Shown here piece by piece: positions 1 to 11,700 of a stretch of DNA of 64,000 nucleotides. The position numbers and the translations under genes were made by a program. Position 1 is the first letter of the stretch, and each line of letters begins with the position of its first letter. The stretch is from Auanema rhodensis (Eukaryota; Animalia; Nematoda), in NCBI GenBank assembly GCA_964057225.1, contig OZ059900.1:5456001-5520000 (forward strand), written 5' to 3'. The notes beneath the pieces were generated by a model. It had not been told where the DNA came from. It worked only from the letters and a program-made list of their open reading frames with translations, and searched no databases.

Positions 1-3000
1 GCCAGGACTTCCAATTTTATGTGAACAGTTAACTATACTACCTAAGTATCTAAAGAAAGTGATCTTGATTTGTAACTTGGTGCCCGTTAAAGATAGAAGA
101 ATACTGTACATTTTAATAAATTCTCCATGGTCATATTAGTCTAAAAACACTATCTTATTGTGTTTGATGCATGGTAGCCAGGACTTCCAATTTTATGTGA
201 ACAGTTAACTATACCACCTAAGTATCTAAAGAAAGTGATCTTGATTTGTAACTTGGTGCCCGTTAAAGATAGAAGAATACTGTACATTTTAATAAATTCT
301 CCATGGTCATATTAGTCTAAAAACACTATCTTATTGTGTTTGATGCATGGTAGCCAGGACTTCCAATTTTATGTGAACAGTTAACTATACCACCTAAGTA
401 TCTAAAGAAAGTGATCTTGATTTGTAACTTGGTGCCCGTTAAAGATAGAAGAATACTGTACATTTTAATAAATTCTCCATGGCCATATTAGTCTAAAAAC
501 ACTATCTTATTGTGTTTGATGCATGGTAGCCAGGACTTCCAATTTTATGTGAACAGTTAACTATACCACCTAAGTATCTAAAGAAAGTGATCTTGATTTG
601 TAACTTGGTGCCCGTTAAAGATAGAAGAATACTGTACATTTTAATAAATTCTCCATGGTCATATTAGTCTAAAAACACTATCTTATTGTGTTTGATGCAT
701 GGTAGCCAGGACTTCCAATTTTATGTGAACAGTTAACTATACTACCTAAGTATCTAAAGAAAGTGATCTTGATTTGTAACTTGGTGCCCGTTAAAGATAG
801 AAGAATACTGTACATTTTAATAAATTCTCCATGGTCATATTAGTCTAAAAACACTATCTTATTGTGTTTGATGCATGGTAGCCAGGACTTCCAATTTTAT
901 GTGAACAGTTAACTATACCACCTAAGTATCTAAAGAAAGTGATCTTGATTTGTAACTTGGTGCCCGTTAAAGATAGAAGAATACTGTACATTTTAATAAA
1001 TTCTCCATGGTCATATTAGTCTAAAAACACTATCTTATTGTGTTTGATGCATGGTAGCCAGGACTTCCAATTTTATGTGAACAGTTAACTATACTACCTA
1101 AGTATCTAAAGAAAGTGATCTTGATTTGTAACTTGGTGCCCGTTAAAGATAGAAGAATACTGTACATTTTAATAAATTCTCCATGGTCATATTAGTCTAA
1201 AAACACTATCTTATTGTGTTTGATGCATGGTAGCCAGGACTTCCAATTTTATGTGAACAGTTAACTATACCACCTAAGTATCTAAAGAAAGTGATCTTGA
1301 TTTGTAACTTAGTGCCCGTTACAGATAGAAGAATACTGTACATTTAAATAAATTCTCCATGGTCATATTAGTCTAAAAACACTATCTTATTGTGTTTGAT
1401 GCATGGTAGCCAGGACTTCCAATTTTATGTGAACAGTTAACTATACCACCTAAGTATCTAAAGAAAGTGATCTTGATTTGTAACTTGGTGCCCGTTAAAG
1501 ATAGAAGAATACTGTACATTTTAATAAATTCTCCATGGTCATATTAGTCTAAAAACACTATCTTATTGTGTTTGATGCATGGTAGCCAGGACTTCCAATT
1601 TTATGTGAACAGTTAACTATACCACCTAAGTATCTAAAGAAAGTGATCTTGATTTGTAACTTGGTGCCCGTTAAAGATAGAAGAATACTGTACATTTTAA
1701 TAAATTCTCCATGGTCATATTAGTCTAAAAACACTATCTTATTGTGTTTGATGCATGGTAGCCAGGACTTCCAATTTTATGTGAACAGTTAACTATACCA
1801 CCTAAGTATCTAAAGAAAGTGATCTTGATTTGTAACTCGGTGCCCGTTAAAGTTAGAAGAATACTGTACATTTTAATGAATTCTCCATGGCCATATTAGT
1901 CTAAAAACACTATCTTATTGTGTTTGATGCATGGTAGCCAGGACTTCCAATTTTATGTGAACAGTTAACTATACCACCTAAGTATCCGAAGAAAGTGATC
2001 TTGATTTGTAACTCGGTGCCCGTTAAAGTTAGAAGAATACTGTACATTTTAATGAATTCTCCATGGCCATATTAGTCTAAAAACACTATCTTATTGTGTT
2101 TGATGCATGGTAGCCAGGACTTCCAATTTTATGTGAACAGTTAGCTATACCACCTAAGTATCCGAAGAAAGTGATCTTGATTTGTAACTCGGTGCCCGTT
2201 AAAGTTAGAAGAATACTGTACATTTTAATGAATTCTCCATGGCCATATTAGTCTAAAAACACTATCTTATTGTGTTTGATGCATGGTAGCCAGGACTTCC
2301 AATTTTATGTGAACAGTTAGCTATACCACCTAAGTATCCGAAGAAAGTGATCTTGATTTGTAACTCGGTGCCCGTTAAAGTTAGAAGAATACTGTACATT
2401 TTAATGAATTCTCCATGGCCATATTAGTCTAAAAACACTATCTTATTGTGTTTGATGCATGGTAGCCAGGACTTCCAATTTTATGTGAACAGTTAGCTAT
2501 ACCACCTAAGTATCTAAAGAAAGTGATCTTGATTTGTAACTCGGTGCCCGTTAAAGTTAGAAGAATACTGTACATTTTAATGAATTCTCCATGGCCATAT
2601 TAGTCTAAAAACACTATCTTATTGTGTTTGATGCATGGTAGCCAGGACTTCCAATTTTATGTGAACAGTTAACTATACCACCTAAGTATCCGAAGAAAGT
2701 GATCTTGATTTGTAACTCGGTGCCCGTTAAAGTTAGAAGAATACTGTACATTTTAATGAATTCTCCATGGCCATATTAGTCTAAAAACACTATCTTATTG
2801 TGTTTGATGCATGGTAGCCAGGACTTCCAATTTTATGTGAACAGTTAGCTATACCACCTAAGTATCCGAAGAAAGTGATCTTGATTTGTAACTCGGTGCC
2901 CGTTAAAGTTAGAAGAATACTGTACATTTTAATGAATTCTCCATGGCCATATTAGTCTAAAAACACTATCTTATTGTGTTTGATGCATGGTAGCCAGGAC

Positions 3001-6000
3001 TTCCAATTTTATGTGAACAGTTAGCTATACCACCTAAGTATCCGAAGAAAGTGATCTTGATTTGTAACTCGGTGCCCGTTAAAGTTAGAAGAATACTGTA
3101 CATTTTAATGAATTCTCCATGGCCATATTAGTCTAAAAACACTATCTTATTGTGTTTGATGCATGGTAGCCAGGACTTCCAATTTTATGTGAACAGTTAG
3201 CTATACCACCTAAGTATCTAAAGAAAGTGATCTTGATTTGTAACTCGGTGCCCGTTAAAGTTAGAAGAATACTGTACATTTTAATGAATTCTCCATGGCC
3301 ATATTAGTCTAAAAACACTATCTTATTGTGTTTGATGCATGGTAGCCAGAACTTCCAATTTTATGTGAACAGTTAGCTATACCACCTAAGTATCCGAAGA
3401 AAGTGATCTTGATTTGTAACTCGGTGCCCGTTAAAGTTAGAAGAATACTGTACATTTTAATGAATTCTCCATGGTCATATTAGTCTAAAAACACTATCTT
3501 ATTGTGTTTGATGCATGGTAGCCAGGACTTCCAATTTTATGTGAACAGTTAACTATACCACCTAAGTATCTAAAGAAAGTGATCTTGATTTGTAACTCGG
3601 TGCCCGTTAAAGATAGAAGAATACTGTACATTTTAATAAATTCTCCATGGCCATCTTAGACTAAAAACACTATCTTATTGTGTTTGATGCATGGTAGCCA
3701 GGACTTCCAATTTTATGTGAACAGTTAGCTATACCACCTAAGTATCCGAAGAAAGTGATCTTGATTTGTAACTCGGTGCCCGTTAAAGTTAGAAAAATAC
3801 TGTACATTTTAATGAATTCTCCATGGTCATATTAGTCTAAAAACACTATCTTATTGTGTTTGATGCATGGTAGCCAGGACTTCCAATTTTATGTGAACAG
3901 TTAGCTATACCACCTAAGTATCCGAAGAAAGTGATCTTGATTTGTAACTCGGTGCCCGTTAAAGTTAGAAGAATACTGTACATTTTAATGAATTCTCCAT
4001 GGTCATATTAGTCTAAAAACACTATCTTATTGTGTTTGATGCATGGTAGCCAGGACTTCCAATTTTATGTGAACAGTTAACTATACCACCTAAGTATCTA
4101 AAGAAAGTGATCTTGATTTGTAACTCGGTGCCCGTTAAAGATAGAAGAATACTGTACATTTTAATAAATTCTCCATGGCCATCTTAGACTAAAAACACTA
4201 TCTTATTGTGTTTGATGCATGGTAGCCAGGACTTCCAATTTTATGTGAACAGTTAGCTATACCACCTAAGTATCCGAAGAAAGTGATCTTGATTTGTAAC
4301 TCGGTGCCCGTTAAAGTTAGAAAAATACTGTACATTTTAATGAATTCTCCATGGTCATATTAGTCTAAAAACACTATCTTATTGTGTTTGATGCATGGTA
4401 GCCAGGACTTCCAATTTTATGTGAACAGTTAACTATACCACCTAAGTATCTAAAGAAAGTGATCTTGATTTGTAACTTGGTGCCCGTTAAAGATAGAAGA
4501 ATACTGTACATTTTAATAAATTCTCCATGGTCATATTAGTCTAAAAACACTATCTTATTGTGTTTGATGCATGGTAGCCAGGACTTCCAATTTTATGTGA
4601 ACAGTTAACTATACCACCTAAGTATCCGAAGAAAGTGATCTTGATTTGTAACTTGGTGCCCGTTAAAAATAGAAGAATACTGTACATTTTAATGAATTCT
4701 CCATGGTCATATTAGTCTAAAAACACTATCTTATTGTGTTTGATGCATGGTAGCCAGGACTTCCAATTTTATGTGAACAGTTAACTATACCACCTAAGTA
4801 TCCGAAGAAAGTGATCTTGATTTGTAACTCGGTGCCCGTTAAAGATAGAAAAATACTGTACATTTTAATGAATTCTCCATGGTCATATTAGTCTAAAAAC
4901 ACTATCTTATTGTGTTTGATGCATGGTAGCCAGGACTTCCAATTTTATGTGAAGAGTTAACTATAACACCTAAGTATCCGAAGAAAGTGATCTTGATTTG
5001 TAACTCGGTGCCCGTTAAAGATAGAAGAATACTGTACATTTTAATGAATTCTTCATGGTCATATTAGTCTAAAAACACTAACTTAATGGGTTTGATGCAT
5101 GGTAACCAAGACTTCCAATTTTATGTGAACAGTTAACTATACCACCTAAGTATCCGAAGAAAGTGATCTTGATTTGTAACTCGGTGCCCGTTAAAGATAG
5201 AAGAATACTGTACATTTTAATGAATTTTCCATGGCCATATTAGTCTAAAAACACTATCTTATTGTGTTTGATGCATGGTAGCCAGGACTTCCAATTTTAT
5301 GTGAACAGTTAACTATACCACCTAAGTATCTAAAGAAAGTGATCTTGATTTGTAACTCGGTGCCCGTTAAAGATAGAAGAATACTGTACATTTTAATAAA
5401 TTCTCCATGGTCATATTAGTCTAAAAACACTATCTTATTGTGTTTGATGCATGGTAGCCAGGACTTCCAATTTTATGTGAACAGTTAACTATACCACCTA
5501 AGTATCCGAAGAAAGTGATCTTGATTTGTAACTCGGTGCCCGTTAAAGATAGAAGAATACTGTACATTTTAATGAATTTTCCATGGCCATATTAGTCTAA
5601 AAACACTATCTTAATGTGTTTGATGCATGGTAGCCAGGACTTCCAATTTTATGTGAACAGTTAACTATACCACCTAAGTATCTAAAGAAAGTGATCTTGA
5701 TTTGTAACTCGGTGCCCGTTAAAGATAGAAGAATACTGTACATTTTAATGAATTCTCCATGGTCATATTAGTCTAAAAACACTATCTTATTGTGTTTGAT
5801 GCATGGTAGCCAGGACTTCCAATTTTATGTGAAGAGTTAACTATACCACCTAAGTATCCGAAGAAAGTGATCTTGATTTGTAACTCGGTGCCCGTTAAAG
5901 ATAGAAGAATACTGTACATTTTAATGAATTCTCCATGGTCATATTAGTCTAAAAACACTAACTTAATGGGTTTGATGCATGGTAACCAAGACTTCCAATT

Positions 6001-7169
6001 TTATGTGAACAGTTAACTATACCACCTAAGTATCCGAAGAAAGTGATCTTGATTTGTAACTCGGTGCCCGTTAAAGATAGAAGAATACTGTACATTTTAA
6101 TAAATTCTCCATGGCCATCTTAGACTAAAAACACTATCTTATTGTGTTTGATGCATGGTAGCCAGGACTTCCAATTTTATGTGAACAGTTAGCTATACCA
6201 CCTAAGTATCCGAAGAAAGTGATCTTGATTTGTAACTCGGTGCCCGTTAAAGTTAGAAAAATACTGTACATTTTAATGAATTCTCCATGGTCATATTAGT
6301 CTAAAAACACTATCTTATTGTGTTTGATGCATGGTAGCCAGGACTTCCAATTTTATGTGAACAGTTAACTATACCACCTAAGTATCTAAAGAAAGTGATC
6401 TTGATTTGTAACTCGGTGCCCGTTAAAGATAGAAAAATACTGTACATTTTAATGAATTCTCCATGGTCATATTAGTCTAAAAACACTATCTTATTGTGTT
6501 TGATGCATGGTAGCCAGGACTTCCAATTTTATGTGAACAGTTAACTATACCACCTAAGTATCTAAAGAAAGTGATCTTGATTTGTAACTTGGTGCCCGTT
6601 AAAGATAGAAGAATACTGTACATTTTAATAAATTCTCCATGGTCATATTAGTCTAAAAACACTATCTTATTGTGTTTGATGCATGGTAGCCAGGACTTCC
6701 AATTTTATGTGAACAGTTAACTATACCACCTAAGTATCCGAAGAAAGTGATCTTGATTTGTAACTTGGTGCCCGTTAAAAATAGAAGAATACTGTACATT
6801 TTAATGAATTCTCCATGGTCATATTAGTCTAAAAACACTATCTTATTGTGTTTGATGCATGGTAGCCAGGACTTCCAATTTTATGTGAACAGTTAACTAT
6901 ACCACCTAAGTATCTAAAGAAAGTGATCTTGATTTGTAACTCGGTGCCCGTTAAAGATAGAAAAATACTGTACATTTTAATGAATTCTCCATGGTCATAT
7001 TAGTCTAAAAACACTATCTTATTGTGTTTGATGCATGGTAGCCAGGACTTCCAATTTTATGTGAAGAGTTAACTATAACACCTAAGTATCCGAAGAAAGT
7101 GATCTTGATTTGTAACTCGGTGCCCGTTAAAGATAGAAGAATACTGTACATTTTAATGAATTCTTCATG
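1..7169. repeat. 176-bp tandem satellite, left segment (~41 monomers, open at the window edge)
   Basis: GCCAGGACTTCCAATTTTATGTGAAC recurs at 1, 177, 353 and onward; monomers differ only by a few recurrent substitutions. Confidence 0.99.
7164..7169. repeat. Left target-site duplication TTCATG
   Basis: The same 6-mer flanks both ends of the element (also 23792-23797), and the satellite resumes in register after it; 6-bp TSDs are typical of Polintons. Confidence 0.97.
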
Positions 7170-7742
7170 AGTAGAGAGCCATGCCGAATTTACTAACCAC
7201 GCCCCCAAACAGTTGCTAAAAACATACTTTTGAGGGCGTCAGCTGCTAAAAACATACTTTTGGGGGCGTCAGCTGTCAAAATCATATTTTCGGCGTCAGC
7301 TGTCAAAAATATACTTTTCCTCCCGAGGCAGGCTCTCGAGCCTGCGCATGGATCAAAATGCATGATTTTTTTTTTAAATTATTTTTTAATGTATTATTTT
7401 AAATGAATTTTTATTATTTATATATTTGTTAATTGTATTTGTAAATATTTTTAAACTTATTTCTTTTTAAATGTATTTTTAATATTTATATATATTTCAA
7501 ATTGTATTTGTAAATATTATTATTTAATTGTTTCTTTTTAAATGTGTTTTTAATAATATTTCTTTTTAAATGTATTTAATATTTATATATTTTTTAATTG
7601 TATCTTTAAAACTGAATAAATTATTTCTCATATATATTGTTTTTTTATTTATTTAAATAAATTTAAAAGGTAATCAATATGTTCACCGTACCTCTTATGG
7701 GTTAATCAATGGAACTCATATCGAAGGTTAATTCGATAAGAA
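7170..7742 (+). repeat. Left terminal inverted repeat (~570-bp core, imperfect extension to ~7890)
   Basis: Reverse complement of 23219-23791; contains four ~30-bp CAGCTG/CAGTTG subrepeats (7208-7318) and hairpin GCAGGCTC-tc-GAGCCTGC (7328-7345). Confidence 0.95.
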
Positions 7743-8481
7743 CGATATGAAATACAAAAGTTAATGGAACACATATCGAAGGTTAATTCGATAAGATCGT
7801 TAAAACAGGTGCACTGACCCACACAAGAACCACATGGCAAACGTTTTGTTCATAAAAATATGATAAATAGCTGTACACCACATGTACCAAGTTGTCTAAT
7901 ATTTTCAAATTACATGAAAGAATAGTTTAAAGAACCTTTTTTTTTTTTAAATTTTATATTAGTATATTCTAATATACTAACTCAATAAAACACATATCGA
8001 AGGTTAATTCGATAGGATTCACAAACAATTGTGTTGTTTCCAATGGAACACATATCGAAGATTAATTCGATAAGATCGTTAAAACAGGTGCGCTGACCCA
8101 CACATGTACCACATGGCAAAAGTTTTGTTCATAAAAATATGATAAATAGCTGTACAGCACAAGTACCCATAACGCTAACGAATACTTACTATGCCAAGGG
8201 GTCATGGGTATATAGTTTTTAGTATCAAAAATGTTAATGGAACACATATCGAATATCAATTCGATAAGATTGGCGAAACAGATACGTTGACCTACAATGA
8301 ACCAAATGGCAAAGCGCTTGTTCATTAAAGTATAACAAATAGCTGTATAGCATATGCATCAAGATTTCTAATATTCTCAAATTACGTGGAAAGAAGAGTA
8401 TATAGAAAAAGTTTTAGTGTGTATATTACTAATATTCTAATACCCTAACTCAAAGAACACATATCGAAGATTAATTCGATA
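7719..8481. promoter_or_regulatory. Six palindromic TATCGAA-N6-TTCGATA boxes in subterminal repeats upstream of pPolB
   Basis: Copies start at 7719, 7774, 7995, 8053, 8247 and 8462, with two more at 23164 and 23223; the regulatory role is inferred. Confidence 0.55.
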
Positions 8482-8715
8482 AGATTGTTGAAACAGTTGC
8501 GCTGACCACAACAATACATGCGTATTTATTAACAGCGGATTGGCAACTGCCACTGTTGACAGCTGTAATATGATACAATGTTGAGTGTTGGCAACATTGT
8601 TACGTGACAATAAAACAACTGACTGTTCTTGCAATGAAGTGTAATATAAATGTGTAAAATGAAATATGGATAACTACCTCTCAGAGTTTGCATAATTTTA
8701 TTCTAACAAGATACA

Positions 8716-11700
8716 ATGGCTGCTAACAGGTTGTGTTTTTTCCTATTTTTTTTTTAAATTAAAATATTTATTTTCAGTTATAAGCGTGTATGTGAAGAGT
8801 TGGGGTTCGATTATGAGGAAATTTATCAACTCAGGTAATTTAACAATATTTTTAAAATATACATCTTTGTTTTTTTTTTTAGTAAGCGCATAAAACTTAC
8901 CGAGAGTGGTGGTGTTGAGCTGTGTGACCCCGCAATAACCACTTCCAATAGTGGTCCCTCGTCATCGAGGGTTATTGAAGTTATCACCTTGGATGACAGC
9001 GATAATGAGTAAGCTATCATATAATGAAAAAGCATGAAATTTTTTTTTTTCAGAGAATGGAATCCCGAGATGCCATCAACTAGTGGAGAACAATTAGGAG
9101 GCGGTTCATCCTTCAACGATGTTTGTCAAATAAAGGTACGAGCTTTTAACCTTTTTTTTTTTTTTTTTTTTTCATGTTACAATTCTTTTCACTCTATATA
9201 TTTTATTTGATTACATATCTTGAGCAATTTTGAATTCTGCCATCTATTTTTAAACAAATCATCATACATTTGGTGGCTTTTTGAAAAATAAAATAAAATC
9301 TTATCCCAAATCCATGCCATAATATCATTCATTAAATTTTTATTCATTAAAATACACTTAAATTTAAATATTTTGATGCTCAAAAACTGACACATTTAAT
9401 TATTTTGTATTTTTTAAATCACTTCACTCCATCTCTTTTATTTAATTTCATATTTTAAACAATTTTAAATTTTTACCACTACTTTATAATTTTTATTTAT
9501 TAAACTTTTTAATCATTAAATTACACTTAAATTTAAATATTGTGATGCTCAAAAACTGAAACATGAAATTGATTTATATTTTCTAAGCCATTTCACTTCA
9601 TCTCTTTTATTTAATCACATATCTTGAACAAATTTAAATTTCTATCACTTTTTCATAATTTCGTTTATTAAATTTTTAATCACTAAAAAACATTTAAATT
9701 TCAATATTGTGATGCTCAAAAACTGAAACATTTAAATATTTTGTATTTTCTAAACCATTTCACTTCATCTCTTTTATTTCTATATATTTTAAACAATTTT
9801 ATAATTCTACTATTATTTAATTTTTATTTATTAAATTTTTAAACATTAAAAAAAAAAAATGATGCTCAAAAACTGAAACATTTAAATATTTTGTATTTTT
9901 CTAATCGTTTTGAAACAAACTAAGCATATATTTGAAAACATTTCAATTAAATAAAAAAAAATAACGACTATAACAAACAAAGAGACATAATAATTTTAAG
10001 CAAAAGATGAAACAATTCATATATATTCTTAAAACTATTTTTATTTAAACTTTAAAAAAAAAAATAAAAAAGCATGTAAACTGTTATAAATGTTGTTTAT
10101 TATAGTGGTCACACCGGCGCATAAAACGCACCGGTCGTTTTACCAACGTGGTCGTTCGATCGCTCACGTTCCCACACTTGGAAAATGTTGATGAACCAAT
10201 GCATGTTATCATGCCGCGGTTATTCAACGAATTCCTTGATCGTTGTCTTGCTGAAAGCGGTGTGCCTGATAAGCAAAAAGCCTTATTTTGTTTATCAATT
10301 GAGCACCCTTCCTTTGAAAAGGGCTCCATATTTATGGACTTTCGTAGAAGGGAGCATCTGGATGGCGTAGCCATTATGAATGCCATCAGCAAGGTGCAGC
10401 AATCAAAACGAGAGGCTGTGATCAGCCAGGCAATGAATATTGAGATGTATGTGTTTGATGAAAGGCCAGCGCAGCCAAGCCTGATGCCTGGTGAAGGTAG
10501 AGTCGGGTTTTATTTTGACCCCGAACTCAAAATACCTGGAACCATTGCCAACACTGACTCACATTGTCTGGCTAGATCAGCAGTTGTGGGAATGTGGAAA
10601 GCTGACGAGCTGGACACTGAAGATGGCGATGAGAAGCGAAGGCTGCAAAACCTTCGTCGCAATTACATCTTATTGCCAAATCAGCCACACCATATCAATT
10701 TATTAAATAGGTGTGGTATTTCTGTAGATTTACCAAATTATAATTTAATTCATTTAAACATTATTGCCAGCTGTAATACAAACTATAAGTTTGTAGTATA
10801 TGCTAGACCGCCTGGACAGCGTATGTACACTATCCAGAAAATATTTAATGAAGCGGCTAGCAAATTGGTAACACTAGGTTACCGAAATAATCACTATGAT
10901 TGTATTACAGCTGGTAGTCGTTCGAAAATTTTTGATGGTATTATATGTCAACACTGTAAGTTATCTTACAATACAGTGTTGCATAGATGTAAAGCCAAAT
11001 GTAAAAAATGCCACACCTATAATTGTAATGCGATGGGGAATGTGGTTGAGAGTAGCGTGAGGTGTGATAGTTGTAGAGTTTTGTTTAAAACTCAACAATG
11101 CTTCGATAGGCATTTGCGAAAAGCCTGCCGAAAATTCAAGGTATTTTGTGAAAATTTAAAGTTGTACATAACAAGCTTAAATTCAGACATGTGTGGCGTG
11201 TGATCACTATCACATGGTCCGTGCTGATAGACCGCACAATTGCAATGAAAAATTCTGCAAAAAGTGCGGTCAGACAAAGCCTGAAGAGCACTCTTGTTGT
11301 TGGGTTCCACCTAACGACAAGAAGAAGGCTCAGCTAAAAAAGAAGCAAGAAAAATACAAGGTTTGTATTTAACATCTTTACAAGTGTAATGCTTACTTGT
11401 TTAAGATTATATTTTATGACTTTGAAACAGTTGTGTTAAAAAACGGCACAAATGTTCATGAATATGCAGATGAACAATGGCCCAATATGGTTGTGTATAA
11501 CAAATTTTGTGAAAGTTGTATAGATGCCAATTCCTGTGAGAAATGCACAACCAAGGAGGGTCATTTTGGGTACCAACAAGGTGATAGTGAATGGTCTGTA
11601 ACAGATCGTTTCCTTGATTGGTTACTCAACTTTTCTGAGAATGATAATGCAATTTTGATTGCGCACAACGGGTCGCGCTTTGACATACATTTCTTGGTGT

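Noticed and set aside
141-176. AAACAC-N9-GTGTTT dyad in the satellite monomer as a lox-like recombination site
   Set aside because: The arms are only 6 bp, well short of typical 11-13 bp recombinase arms and expected by chance; not supportable without binding data.
7014-7208. 64-aa ORF across the satellite/Maverick junction
   Set aside because: Chance frame made of satellite and TIR sequence with a non-ATG start.
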